Shown here: in pieces, positions 1 to 9,147 of the stretch
How the letters are laid out: every line of letters begins with the position of its first letter
Position numbering within the stretch: the stretch's first letter is position 1
Assembly (NCBI GenBank): GCA_036338695.1
Contig: JAYZBQ010000084.1
Span: forward strand, 1-21,781
Source: Myxococcota bacterium
GTDB taxonomy: Bacteria; Myxococcota; UBA4151
Direction of reading: 5' to 3'
DNA length: 21,781 nucleotides
Notes under the pieces: generated by a model
The model's input: the letters and a program-made list of their open reading frames with translations, nothing else
Databases searched by the model: none
Told to the model about the DNA's origin: nothing
Translations under genes and position numbers: made by a program

Positions 1-24
1 ACTAGCCGACAGGACATACTAGAG

Positions 25-465
25 GTGTCAGGGGGCGATGACTTGAGCGAAACCGTGCGCACGTTATCTCGGAAGCAAATGTTGCGCGACCGCCGGCGCA
101 TGATCGCTGCCGGCGAGTGGGTTGAGCCGGAAGAGTACGAGCGCCCGGAAGATCGAGAAGATTGTCGCTTCGGGGGTCGTCCCTGTCTTTACGTCGCCTG
201 CCGCTTTCATTTGTACCTCGACGTCAACCCGCGCACGGGCTCGATTAAGTTCAACTTCCCAGGACAAGAAGTTCACGAGTTGGAAGAGACCTGTGCGCTG
301 GATGTCGCTGAGCGCGGCGGGATCACGCTCGAAGAGGTGGGCGGGTTGATGAACCTGACGCGCGAGCGGGTGCGCCAGCTCGAGGCTGAGGCGCTCAGCG
401 AGCTCCAGAGCATCGTGGATCTCACCGAAGAAGACATCACCGAGCTCGGCGCACGGATCGAATAG
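25..465 (+). CDS. Stand-alone sigma70 region 4-like HTH protein with N-terminal Cys/His cluster (putative Zn-binding)
   Basis: C-terminal [24 protein letters not shown] matches the sigma70 region 4.2 HTH (TLEEVG..F.VTRERIRQIE.KAL). It is preceded by [16 protein letters not shown] and ETCALDVA. At 146 aa it has no room for sigma region 2. GTG start is uncertain. Confidence 0.8.
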   Translation: MSGGDDLSETVRTLSRKQMLRDRRRMIAAGEWVEPEEYERPEDREDCRFGGRPCLYVACRFHLYLDVNPRTGSIKFNFPGQEVHELEETCALDVAERGGITLEEVGGLMNLTRERVRQLEAEALSELQSIVDLTEEDITELGARIE

Positions 466-476
466 CGACCCGCTCG

Positions 477-983
477 ATGCTGGGTGGTCGCCTCCTTAGC
501 TTCGTTGCGCTGATGCTGTCTGCCGCGACGGGCTCAGCGGAGCCGACGTCACAGCGCTGGGTGACCCTCGACCTTGGCGCTTCGATCAGCGCGCCTGCTG
601 GTGCCATTGGGGCGAGCTACGGGGACGGCACCTGGTTTGCGCGCGCCGAGTGGAACCCGTGGGTCGGTTTGTCGAGCCGGTCTTTCCTGGAGCCGGGCGC
701 CATGAACCTGACGGCGGGGCGAGAGTGGCTGCTTGCCAATGGGCGCTTTCGGAGCGCGCTGGCGGTGGGTCTGTCGACCTTGTTCTTTGACACGGTTTTG
801 CATGAGCGCGGTCGGACAGGGCTCTCGCTGCAGTGGACCCCGCTGTCGTGGCGCCTTCCCGCCAAACGATACCGGCTGCGGATCGAGCCGATCTCGCTGC
901 ACGTCGCCATGCCGATCCTGTCAGGGATCCCCTTGATGGTACCCCAGTATCGGCACTCCGTCGGGTTCGAGTGGGCTTTGTGA
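477..983 (+). CDS. Secreted protein, putative small outer-membrane beta-barrel
   Basis: Signal peptide ([21 protein letters not shown]); about 8 segments with alternating hydrophobic residues; EWNPW motif; C-terminal [11 protein letters not shown] resembles a beta-signal strand. The CDS is well supported; the barrel fold is inferred. Confidence 0.6.
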   Translation: MLGGRLLSFVALMLSAATGSAEPTSQRWVTLDLGASISAPAGAIGASYGDGTWFARAEWNPWVGLSSRSFLEPGAMNLTAGREWLLANGRFRSALAVGLSTLFFDTVLHERGRTGLSLQWTPLSWRLPAKRYRLRIEPISLHVAMPILSGIPLMVPQYRHSVGFEWAL

Positions 984-2032
984 GCCGCCTCTGGCGGGGC
1001 GTCACCCTGTTTGCCGCCCTTTTGTTCGGGAGTTCGAGCGCCTCGGCATTTAGCATCGGTAGCTCGGTCACGCAGTACTGTCATGAGCGGATCACCTACA
1101 AAGCCTTTGGCATCGCGAGTCCGCTCGCCGAGCGGATCGGGAGCGGGCTCGACGCAGCGCGCGACGAAGCCTTTGTGTTGTTCGGTGATTACCTAGCCGA
1201 TCGACTTGGTATCGAGCTCAAGGACGATTTTGAGCGTCTGGTGGTGACGAGCTTGTTTGTCGGCGTACGGTATCCAGACCAAGGCGCCTTCTCGACCTTC
1301 GATTTGAGCGCGATGCGTGCGATTCACCTAGATCAAGGTCATCAGGCGGGTCATTTTTTGCGCGATACACACCACGACGGTCCGACCGCGGATGAAGACG
1401 CTGTCCGAGCAGGCCGCGCCTTCATCCGCGAACGCGTCGAGCAGGTCGTGCGCGACCTGCGCCTCAGCGAGGGGAGGGTCCAGGTCACCGAGGTGAAGTT
1501 CTTCCTGGAGCACTACGGTCAGGTCGAGCTGTTGGTCTGGAAGCCACTCTTTGATCTGGGTGAGGCGGTGCATGCGCTCGAGGACAGTTTTGCTCACACC
1601 GTGCGCTCCGACGACGGGCGCGAGATCATCGCCGTGGCGAACTTTGTCGAGCCGTTTCTCGGTGACTACCAAGAGGCGCGTGATGGACCGCCGCATTCGA
1701 ACGTGCTCGACGTCTGCGATGATCCGCGGGTGGTGCCGCACGCAGACTTGGCGACTCAAGCGACGGCGCAGCTGTTCGCCGCCGTACGTGAGAGCGTCCT
1801 GCTCGATGAGATGACGCCGGTGGACCGAGTCCTTGATCAGTGGCTCGGTTACCGACCTGGGTGTGACCTCGCCAATGACTACTGCAGCAGCGAGTGGGCC
1901 GCCCTCGGTGCCTCCGACCCGACCACCCCGCCGCTCGGTTGCACGGCGCTGCCCTTAGGCGGCGGCTGGTGGCTGCTGCTCGCGGTCTGGATGACGAGAC
2001 GGCGGCGCTGCACAGGAGCCCGTCCTCGCTGA
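980..2032 (+). CDS. Secreted Zn-dependent phospholipase C/P1 nuclease/Het-C-like hydrolase with MYXO-CTERM-type anchor
   Basis: GTG at 980 overlaps the upstream TGA (GTGA) and is in frame with ORF 833..2032. Signal peptide ends SASA-F. Metal-ligand-like motifs: CHERIT, GVRYPD, GHFLR, GEAVHALEDSFAH, HSNVLD. C-terminal GC-hydrophobic-RRRR. Confidence 0.65.
   Translation: MSRLWRGVTLFAALLFGSSSASAFSIGSSVTQYCHERITYKAFGIASPLAERIGSGLDAARDEAFVLFGDYLADRLGIELKDDFERLVVTSLFVGVRYPDQGAFSTFDLSAMRAIHLDQGHQAGHFLRDTHHDGPTADEDAVRAGRAFIRERVEQVVRDLRLSEGRVQVTEVKFFLEHYGQVELLVWKPLFDLGEAVHALEDSFAHTVRSDDGREIIAVANFVEPFLGDYQEARDGPPHSNVLDVCDDPRVVPHADLATQATAQLFAAVRESVLLDEMTPVDRVLDQWLGYRPGCDLANDYCSSEWAALGASDPTTPPLGCTALPLGGGWWLLLAVWMTRRRRCTGARPR
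1937..2008 (+). other. MYXO-CTERM-like C-terminal sorting signal (coding motif)
   Basis: GCTALPLGGGWWLLLAVWMTRRRR: Gly-Cys, short linker, hydrophobic stretch and Arg cluster, after a Pro/Thr-rich spacer. Confidence 0.7.
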
Positions 2033-2182
2033 TCACAGCGTCAGCAGGCTGTCGTTTTTGGCCGGTGTCTTGGCGGCCACTTGGGAACACATATCACGAG
2101 GATCACCGTGGAAAGCGCGGCAGGCCGCGAGCGCAGAAGGTCGAGCCGATCATCTCTGCCGTGATTTGCTCGAAAGGGGGCT

Positions 2183-2210
2183 TTGCCGGTGCGCGATCAG
2201 TTGCTAACCG
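2183..2210 (+). promoter_or_regulatory. Candidate sigma70-type promoter for purH operon
   Basis: TTGCCG (2183-2188), 16-nt spacer, TAACCG (2205-2210) preceded by TGc; GGGGGA SD at 2225-2230. The -10 match is imperfect. Confidence 0.2.
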
Positions 2211-2234
2211 GCTTGCGCCACGTTGGGGGAAGCT

Positions 2235-3701
2235 ATGGAACGCGCCCTGCTTAGTGTATCGGATAAAACAGGTCTCATCCCCTTTGCGCGCGGGCTCGTC
2301 GCCGCAGGGGTTGAGCTGCTCAGCACGGGCGGCACAGCGCGCGCGCTGCGGGCTGCTGATCTACCGGTCATCGACGTCTCGACCTACACCGGAAGTCCTG
2401 AGATCTTCGCGGGGCGGGTCAAGACGCTGCACCCAAAAGTTCACGGCGGCATTTTGTTCCGGCGGGACGATGCCTCGCATGGCGCACAGGCGCTCGAGCA
2501 TGAGATCGGCCCGATCGACCTGGTCGCCGTCAACCTGTACCCCTTCGCCGAGACCATCGCGCAGCCCGACTGCTCCTTTGAGGACGCCATCGAGAACATC
2601 GACATCGGCGGACCTACGATGGTGCGGTCCGCGGCAAAGAACCACGCGTCGGTGACCGTGGTCGTTGACCCCAGCGATTATCAAGGGGTCCTCGATGAGC
2701 TTCAGGCGGGCTCGGTCGGCTCGGAGACCCGCCGGCGCCTCGCCACCAAAGCCTTTGACCACACCGCAGCCTACGATCGGATGATCGCAACGTACCTCGG
2801 TGCGGGTGAGGCGCTGCGTTACGGGGAGAATCCTCATCAGGAGGCTCGGCTTCTGGGGGACGCAGATCGCCCATGCGGTTGCGAGCAGCTCCATGGGAAG
2901 GCGCTCAGCTACAACAACCTGATCGATCTGGACGCTGCGTTGTGCCTGATCCACGAGTTCGAGGGTGAGCAAGCGGTCGCCATCCTCAAGCACACCAACC
3001 CCTGCGGGGTGGCGCGCGTCCTCGAAGGCGGTACCGCCGAGGCGTTTGAAGCGGCGCTCGCTTGCGACCCGGTCTCAGCCTTTGGGGGGATCGTCGCCTG
3101 CTCACAGGAGGTGGACCTCGCAGCGGCTGAGGCGATGGCGAAGATCTTTCTTGAGGTGATCGTTGCGCCCTCTTTTACAGAGGAGGCGAAGGCGCGTCTG
3201 ATGCGGAAAAAGAACCTGCGGCTGATGGTGCGTCGCCAGGCTTTTGATGCGACCCCACGGCTGCGCTCCGTGCAACACGGCATGTTGGTGCAAGACACCG
3301 ACGAAGGCGCCCCTGAGGAGCGCAAGGTCTGCACTCAGCGAGCCCCCACAGAGCACGAAGCGCAAGCGATCGAGCTGGCGTGGAAGGTGTGCAAGCACGT
3401 CAAGTCGAACGCCATCGTCTTTGCGAACGCCGAGCAGGTCGTCGGGATCGGCGCGGGGCAGATGAGCCGCGTGGACGCCGCCGAGCTCGCCATCAAGCGC
3501 TGTCACCTGGACCTGAAAGGGACGGTCGTTGGCTCAGACGCCTTCTTTCCGTTTCGAGACGGTCTGGATGTCTGCGCCCGAGCGGGCGCGCGCGCGGTGG
3601 TGCAGCCGGGCGGCTCGGTCCGAGACGATGAGGTCATCGCAGCCGCTGACGAACACGATATGGCGATGGTCCTCACGGGCGCACGCCACTTCCGGCATTA
3701 G
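2235..3701 (+). CDS. purH: Bifunctional AICAR transformylase / IMP cyclohydrolase
   Basis: [87 protein letters not shown] at 2235 follows GGGGGA. Confidence 0.98.
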   Translation: MERALLSVSDKTGLIPFARGLVAAGVELLSTGGTARALRAADLPVIDVSTYTGSPEIFAGRVKTLHPKVHGGILFRRDDASHGAQALEHEIGPIDLVAVNLYPFAETIAQPDCSFEDAIENIDIGGPTMVRSAAKNHASVTVVVDPSDYQGVLDELQAGSVGSETRRRLATKAFDHTAAYDRMIATYLGAGEALRYGENPHQEARLLGDADRPCGCEQLHGKALSYNNLIDLDAALCLIHEFEGEQAVAILKHTNPCGVARVLEGGTAEAFEAALACDPVSAFGGIVACSQEVDLAAAEAMAKIFLEVIVAPSFTEEAKARLMRKKNLRLMVRRQAFDATPRLRSVQHGMLVQDTDEGAPEERKVCTQRAPTEHEAQAIELAWKVCKHVKSNAIVFANAEQVVGIGAGQMSRVDAAELAIKRCHLDLKGTVVGSDAFFPFRDGLDVCARAGARAVVQPGGSVRDDEVIAAADEHDMAMVLTGARHFRH

Positions 3702-3712
3702 GGACGGCGGGG

Positions 3713-4987
3713 ATGCGAGTCTTAGTCGTCGGAGGAGGTGGCAGGGAGCATGCGCTGAGCTGGCGGCTGAGCCTCAGCCCGTCGGTCACCGAGCTCCACG
3801 TGGCGCCAGGGAGCGCTGCGATTGCGCGATTAGCGACTTGCCACGACGTCTCGGCGGAAGACGTCAGCGGTCAACTCGAGCTGGCGCAACGGCTTGAAGC
3901 CGAGCTGGTGGTTGTCGGGCCAGAGGCGCCGCTCGTTGCGGGGCTCGCCGATCAGCTGCGCCAAGCGGGGATCGCTACGGTCGGACCCGCCGCTGCGGCC
4001 GCTGAACTTGAGGGCAGCAAAGCTTTTGCCAAGGCAGTGATGAACGCAGCCGGGGTGCCGACCGCCGGGCATGAGACCTTCACCGATGAGGCGGCGGCGC
4101 TCGAGTACCTGAGTCAAGGCGAAGGGCCGATCGTCATCAAGGCGGATGGTTTAGCGGCGGGTAAGGGTGTGACGGTCGCTGCCGATCGTGCCGAGGCGAG
4201 CGAGGCGGTCAAGAGCTGCTTTGAGGGGCGTTTTGGTCAAGCAGGCGCTCGCGTGGTGATCGAAGAGTTTCTTGTGGGTACGGAGCTGAGCTTTATCGCC
4301 CTGTGTGACGAGACGGGGATCGTGCCGCTCGCATCGAGCCAGGATCACAAGCGCCTCGGTGATGGGGACACCGGCCCGAACACCGGCGGGATGGGCGCCT
4401 TCTCGCCGTCGCCGCTGTGCGACGAGGCCATGACGGAGAAGATCCTCGCTGAGGTGATGGAACCGACCCTCGCTGAGCTCAAGCGTCGAGGGCTGACGTT
4501 TCGTGGGTTCTTGTACGCCGGCCTGATGGTCCATGAGGGCGAGCTCAAGGTGCTCGAGTTCAATGTCCGCTGCGGCGACCCGGAGACGCAGGTGCTGATG
4601 CTCCGCTGTGAAGGCGATTTGGGGCTCTGGCTCCACGCCACGGCGCGCGGCGAACTCGGCCGGCTCAAGGACAGCTTCGCCGCCGGGCCAACCTGGTCGA
4701 AGGGCGCAGCCGTCGGGGTGACCATGGCGAGCCGCGGGTATCCGGCGAGCAGTGAAAAGGGTGTGCCCATCGAGGGCGTCGACGCGGCGTTCGGCGACGA
4801 GGTGGTGGTGTTTCATGCAGGTACACGCGCCGGCTGCTCGGGGTGGGAGACGTATGGTGGGCGCGTCCTAACCGTGTGCGCCCATGCAAGTTCAATGGAA
4901 AAGGCGGCGAGCGTCGCCTACGACGTAGTGGGTAAAATCCACTTTGATGGAATGCAATATCGGCGAGATATCGCCAGAGAGAGTTGA
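3713..4987 (+). CDS. purD: Phosphoribosylamine--glycine ligase
   Basis: GGGGREHAL, VVGPEAPL, LEGSKAFAK, KADGLAAGKGV, QDHKRLGDGDTGPNTGGMGA, EFNVRCGDPETQ, FHAGT, YRRDIA. Confidence 0.98.
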   Translation: MRVLVVGGGGREHALSWRLSLSPSVTELHVAPGSAAIARLATCHDVSAEDVSGQLELAQRLEAELVVVGPEAPLVAGLADQLRQAGIATVGPAAAAAELEGSKAFAKAVMNAAGVPTAGHETFTDEAAALEYLSQGEGPIVIKADGLAAGKGVTVAADRAEASEAVKSCFEGRFGQAGARVVIEEFLVGTELSFIALCDETGIVPLASSQDHKRLGDGDTGPNTGGMGAFSPSPLCDEAMTEKILAEVMEPTLAELKRRGLTFRGFLYAGLMVHEGELKVLEFNVRCGDPETQVLMLRCEGDLGLWLHATARGELGRLKDSFAAGPTWSKGAAVGVTMASRGYPASSEKGVPIEGVDAAFGDEVVVFHAGTRAGCSGWETYGGRVLTVCAHASSMEKAASVAYDVVGKIHFDGMQYRRDIARES

Positions 4988-4991
4988 GATC

Positions 4992-5492
4992 ATGGACGTT
5001 CTGGTTTTGATGGGTAGTTCGAGTGATTTTTCGGTCATGCAGCATGCCGTGCCGTTCTTTAAGCAGTTCGACATCACTGCGCGCATCACGGTCGCCTCGG
5101 CGCACCGCACCCCGGACCGTGTGCACGAAGAGGTGCGCGCAGCTGAGGAAGCAGGCGCTGTCGCCATCATCTGCGCAGCCGGTATGGCGGCGCACCTCGC
5201 GGGCGTGGTTGCGGGGACGACGAACCTCCCTGTGATCGGTGTTCCGCTGGCGAGCGGCGCGCTCGATGGGCTCGACGCATTGCTCTCGACCGTCCAAATG
5301 CCGGCTGGTATCCCCGTGGCGACGGTCGGTGTGGGTAAGGCGGGCGCGCGCAACGCCGCCATCTTGGTGGCGCGTATGATCGGGCCTCATCGTCCGCACG
5401 TCGCCGCAGCGCTTAAGACTTACCGCGAGGGCATGAACGAGACGGTGGCGAAGGCCGCTGCAGAGGTCGAAGCGCAAGTCGCTGGGCTGTAG
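4992..5492 (+). CDS. purE: N5-carboxyaminoimidazole ribonucleotide mutase (class I-type PurE)
   Basis: MGSSSD, SAHRTP, AGMAAHLAG, PVIGVP, LDALLSTVQMPAGIPVATV. ATG at 4992, 4 nt after the purD stop. Confidence 0.96.
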   Translation: MDVLVLMGSSSDFSVMQHAVPFFKQFDITARITVASAHRTPDRVHEEVRAAEEAGAVAIICAAGMAAHLAGVVAGTTNLPVIGVPLASGALDGLDALLSTVQMPAGIPVATVGVGKAGARNAAILVARMIGPHRPHVAAALKTYREGMNETVAKAAAEVEAQVAGL

Positions 5493-5501
5493 GAGCGCCG
5501 T

Positions 5502-7025
5502 ATGAGTCAGGACGCTATTCGCAACGCATCGCAGTCCGCCCGCGCAGGCGGTAAGCCGAAGTATCACGAGAGCAACGCGGCGAAAGGGAAGCTCTTCGCC
5601 CGGGAGCGCATTGCGCGCTTATGTGACGAAGGCAGCTTCGTTGAGGATGGCTTACTGGCGAACAATCAAGCTCAAGGGCTGTCAGCGGACGGCGTCGTGA
5701 CCGGGGTGGGGCGCGTCGCCGGCCGCCCGGTTGCGGTGATGGCGAACGACTCAACGGTCAAGGCCGGCTCCTGGGGTGCGCGCACGGTCGAGAAGATCAT
5801 CCGGATTCAAGAGAAAGCCGGACAGCAGCGGATCCCGCTGGTCTATCTGGTTGACTCTGCCGGCGCACGCCTGACCGACCAGCTCGATATGTTCCCCGGA
5901 GAGCGTGGCGCCGGGACCATCTTTGATCTGCAGATAAAGCTGTCGGGCTCCATCCCGCAGGTGTGTTTGCTCTTTGGTCCGTCCGCGGCGGGCGGGGCGT
6001 ACATTCCTGCCTTCTGCGACGTCGTGTTCATGGTGAACAAAAACGCCAGCATGTACCTGGGTTCGCCCCGTATGGCGGAGTTGGTGATCAACGAAAAGGT
6101 GACCCTGGAAGAGATGGGCGGGGCGCGCATGCACTGCTCGCAGTCGGGTAACGGGGACATGCTGTGCAAGACCGAAGAAGAGGCGCTTGCGGCTTGCATC
6201 GAGTACCTGAGCTACCTGCCGAGCTGCGCAGAGGATCAAGCACCTCTGGTCGAGCCAGTGCCGGCTCCGGCGGGCGTGGACCTGGCCGCGCTGATCCCAG
6301 ACGCCGAGAACGCCCCGTTTGACATCAAAGGCGTGATCAACGGCCTGATCGATGAGGGCTCGTTCTTTGAGATTAAGCAGCGCTTTGCCAAAGAGATCGT
6401 GACGGGATTCGCCCGGCTCGACGGCGCCGCAATCGGCATCATCGCCAACAACTCAAAGTATCTCGGCGGTGTGCTTTTCAAAGACAGCGCCGACAAGGCG
6501 GCGAAGTTCATCTCGATCTGCGATGCCTTCGGCCTACCGCTGTTGTTCTTGGCCGACGTCCCTGGGTTCATGATCGGCTCGAAGGTCGAGCGTGAGGGCA
6601 TTATTCGCCACGGCGCGAAGATGTTGCACGCGATGGCGAGCGCCAGCGTGCCCAAGATCTCGGTGGTCGTGCGCAAGGCTTACGGTGCGGGCTTGTATGC
6701 GATGTGTGGTAAAGGGTTCGCCCCGGACGCAGCGCTCGCTTTGCCGCGTGCGCGCATCGCCGTGATGGGCGCTGAACCGGCGGTGAACGCTGTGTATTAC
6801 AACAAGATCATGGAGCTTGAGGGCGAGGAGCGCGACGCCTTCGTCGAGGCGAAACGCGCCGAGTACCGAGCCGACATCGACCTGTTGCGCATCGCAAGCG
6901 ATCTCCACCTCGACGCCATCGTCGAGGAGTCCGAGCTGCGCAGTGATCTGATCCGGCGCTTCGCTTACGCGCAGAACAAGACGGTGGCTGAGTACCCACG
7001 CAGGCGGTACGTCGTCCCGGTCTGA
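5502..7025 (+). CDS. Acyl-CoA carboxylase carboxyltransferase beta subunit (MCC-beta / YngE-like)
   Basis: GKLFARERI, ADGVVTG, DSAGARL, AAGGAYIPAFCD, EEMGGARMH, DVPGFMIG, RKAYGAG, AVMGAE. AGGAG SD upstream. Confidence 0.92.
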   Translation: MSQDAIRNASQSARAGGKPKYHESNAAKGKLFARERIARLCDEGSFVEDGLLANNQAQGLSADGVVTGVGRVAGRPVAVMANDSTVKAGSWGARTVEKIIRIQEKAGQQRIPLVYLVDSAGARLTDQLDMFPGERGAGTIFDLQIKLSGSIPQVCLLFGPSAAGGAYIPAFCDVVFMVNKNASMYLGSPRMAELVINEKVTLEEMGGARMHCSQSGNGDMLCKTEEEALAACIEYLSYLPSCAEDQAPLVEPVPAPAGVDLAALIPDAENAPFDIKGVINGLIDEGSFFEIKQRFAKEIVTGFARLDGAAIGIIANNSKYLGGVLFKDSADKAAKFISICDAFGLPLLFLADVPGFMIGSKVEREGIIRHGAKMLHAMASASVPKISVVVRKAYGAGLYAMCGKGFAPDAALALPRARIAVMGAEPAVNAVYYNKIMELEGEERDAFVEAKRAEYRADIDLLRIASDLHLDAIVEESELRSDLIRRFAYAQNKTVAEYPRRRYVVPV

Positions 7026-7038
7026 TCGAGCGGATCCC

Positions 7039-9141
7039 TTACCGGTAGAAGATCATCCACTCGTGGCTGGCGCCGCCACCTTGGGTGAAGTCGGTGCTGC
7101 CACAGCGACCGCCGGGGACGAACAGGTTTTGTCCGTTTTGGCTGTCGAGTGTGAGGCATAAGCGGTCGTCGCCTTGTGGGTTCTCTGAGTCACAAGGGGC
7201 GCGATCGGAGACGGCTTCGTCGAGCGGAGCATATCCCCAGCTATGGCGTGCCTGATAATACCACAGGCTTGCGTTCGCCTCCGCGGTGTCCTCCGTTCCC
7301 GTGTATCGGAAAGCCTGTGAGGTCGGCGCGTTGGCGGCAGCGATCAGCGTGTCACCGTCGGTTTCGCGGCAGGCCAGCAAGAGGTTCGAGCCCGAACAGC
7401 GACCGAAGTTACGGCGCACGAAGGAGACCGGTGTCCCCTCCCAGTCGTAGGTCTGGGTGTAGCAGTGCGTCCACTCGCCCAAGGTCGCCAGCGGGACGTC
7501 GGTGAGCACCCCTTCGAAGGTGCCGAGCTGTCGATAAACGCAGGCGTTGGTGCAGAAGTCATCGTCGACTTCGTTGCCATCATCGCACACCTCATGACCT
7601 GGAGCACCTTCGGCGAGATCCTCGCGCACGATCTGATCGCCGCAGCGCGCCACGACGCAGGTCGTTAGGCACGCGTCCGCATCCTCCGCGTTGCCGTCGT
7701 CACAAGCCTCTCCGGTGTCGACCACTCCATCACCGCAGGCCGGAAGAACGCAGCCGCTGCGGCAGGCGTCGGGTTCCTGATCCGAGTTCGCCTCCCCGTC
7801 GTCACACGCTTCGCCCTGATCGATGACGCCGTCGCCGCAGGCGGCGCGCTGGCAGTTGGTTCGGCAGGCGTCGGCCTGATCGTCGTTGTTGGCTAAGCCC
7901 TCGTCGCATTGCTCCACACCTCGCTGCACGAAGCCGTCGCCGCACCGAGCGACCTGACAGCGAACGCAGGCGTCACGGGTGTCGTTGTTGTCGTCCTCGC
8001 ACGCTTCATAGCCTGGCGGGCGACAGCGCCCGGTTAGGCACACCTCGCCGCCTTGGCAGGGTTGCTCATCGCTGCACAGCTCGGCGGAGCCTGTGCCGAG
8101 ATCATCTCGGACGTGTCCGTCACCGCAGCGCGGCGCCTCGCAGCTCGGGAGGCAACCGTCGGTCGCCAGGTCGTTCCCATCATCGCAGGCTTCAAAGCCC
8201 ACCTCTTGGTCGCTCAGGTCCGCCCGACGGATCCCGTCACCGCACCGAGCGACTTGACAGGTGTCTGTGCATGCATCGGTCGGCTCTGCGTTGCCGTCGT
8301 CACATTGCTCTTGCGGGTCGTTGATCCCATCGCCGCAGCGCTCGACGGTGCAGTCGTTTCGGCACCCGTCACCCAACTGCTCGTTGCCATCATCGCAGCC
8401 CTCAAAGCCGGCTGCGCCGGCGGCGACGTCTGCTCGCGTGATGCCGTCGCCGCATCGAGCCACCTGGCAGGTGTTGGTGCAGGCGTCGTCATCGTCCCTG
8501 TTTTGATCGTCACAGGTCTCTTCGCCCGCCCAGACGATTCCATCGCCGCAGCGCGCCACCTCGCAACGGTTCGTGCATGCGTCGTCGTCGAGTGTGTTGC
8601 CGTCGTCGCAGGCTTCGTCGCCGCTGAGCAGGCCGTCTCCGCAGCGGGGGGGCGCACACCCCGTGGTGCACTCGTCGTCGTTGTCCTCGTTGCCATCATC
8701 ACAGACCTCAAAGCCTGGTTCACCCTGAGCCAGATCGGTGCGGGTGATGCCGTCGCCGCAGCGCGCCGTCGCACATGAGCTTGTGCAGCCGTCGTCATCG
8801 CGGTCGTTGCCGTCGTCGCATTGTTCCTCGCCGGGCGCCCCCTCGCTGACATCTTGGCGGACGGCGCCGTCGCCGCAGGTCGCAGGCTGACACGCGTTGG
8901 TGCACGCGTCGACATCGATGGTGTTGCCGTCGTCACAACCCTCGACGCCGTCTTGGACGTACCCATCGCCACAGCGCGCGGTGCGGCAGTTGCGCGGGCA
9001 GGCGTCCGTGTCGTCCGCGTTGCCATCATCGCAGGTCTCGTTCCCGGTGACGGCCGAGTCTCCGCAGAGGCTTTCATCGACGGACTCAGAGGACGAACAG
9101 CCCAGGGCGATCAAGGAGGATAAGAGAAGAAGGTGTCTCAT
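7039..9141 (-). CDS. Lipoprotein with 14 myxobacterial Cys-rich (DUF4215/myxo_disulf_rpt-type) repeats and a C-terminal globular domain
   Basis: Lipobox-like LIALG-C15; 14 units of CGDG..E.CDDGN....D.C...C; non-repetitive C-terminal domain of about 165 aa. Confidence 0.88.
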   Translation of the reverse strand: MRHLLLLSSLIALGCSSSESVDESLCGDSAVTGNETCDDGNADDTDACPRNCRTARCGDGYVQDGVEGCDDGNTIDVDACTNACQPATCGDGAVRQDVSEGAPGEEQCDDGNDRDDDGCTSSCATARCGDGITRTDLAQGEPGFEVCDDGNEDNDDECTTGCAPPRCGDGLLSGDEACDDGNTLDDDACTNRCEVARCGDGIVWAGEETCDDQNRDDDDACTNTCQVARCGDGITRADVAAGAAGFEGCDDGNEQLGDGCRNDCTVERCGDGINDPQEQCDDGNAEPTDACTDTCQVARCGDGIRRADLSDQEVGFEACDDGNDLATDGCLPSCEAPRCGDGHVRDDLGTGSAELCSDEQPCQGGEVCLTGRCRPPGYEACEDDNNDTRDACVRCQVARCGDGFVQRGVEQCDEGLANNDDQADACRTNCQRAACGDGVIDQGEACDDGEANSDQEPDACRSGCVLPACGDGVVDTGEACDDGNAEDADACLTTCVVARCGDQIVREDLAEGAPGHEVCDDGNEVDDDFCTNACVYRQLGTFEGVLTDVPLATLGEWTHCYTQTYDWEGTPVSFVRRNFGRCSGSNLLLACRETDGDTLIAAANAPTSQAFRYTGTEDTAEANASLWYYQARHSWGYAPLDEAVSDRAPCDSENPQGDDRLCLTLDSQNGQNLFVPGGRCGSTDFTQGGGASHEWMIFYR
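7540..9066 (-). repeat. Tandem coding array of 14 CGDG-CDDGN disulfide repeats (31-61 aa units)
   Basis: Counted by hand from the translation, aa 26-534. Degenerate DNA repeats such as gccgtcgccgca and gttgccgtcgtc recur on the + strand. Confidence 0.9.
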
Positions 9142-9147
9142 GGTGGC

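Noticed and set aside
833..979. Longer N-terminus for the Zn-hydrolase ORF
   Set aside because: It overlaps the upstream gene by about 150 nt; the GTG at 980 gives a clean signal peptide and a GTGA overlap.
2035..2059. Intrinsic terminator after the MYXO-CTERM gene
   Set aside because: Only a 5-bp stem (ACAGC/GCTGT) with an 8-nt loop, offset from the T run; too weak to call.
2060..2234. Canonical ZMP/ZTP or PRPP (ykkC) riboswitch before purH
   Set aside because: Only fragments are present (TGGCG; CACCGTG..GCGGCA). The ZTP 3' CGCCTGGGC element and the ykkC CTAGGGTTCCG 5' motif are absent.
3713..5492. purD-purE fusion or programmed frameshift
   Set aside because: The genes are in different frames, purD has a normal C-terminus and stop, and purE has its own ATG at 4992; the ORF extension to 4944 is incidental.
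7540..9066. CRISPR array or non-coding repeat
   Set aside because: The repeats are degenerate, in frame and explained by protein repeats; there are no identical direct repeats with unique spacers and no cas genes.
9139..9147. Perfect Kozak sequence GCCACCATG at the lipoprotein start (minus strand)
   Set aside because: The context is clearly bacterial (operons, SD motifs, lipoboxes); a 6-mer match is plausible by chance in GC-rich DNA.
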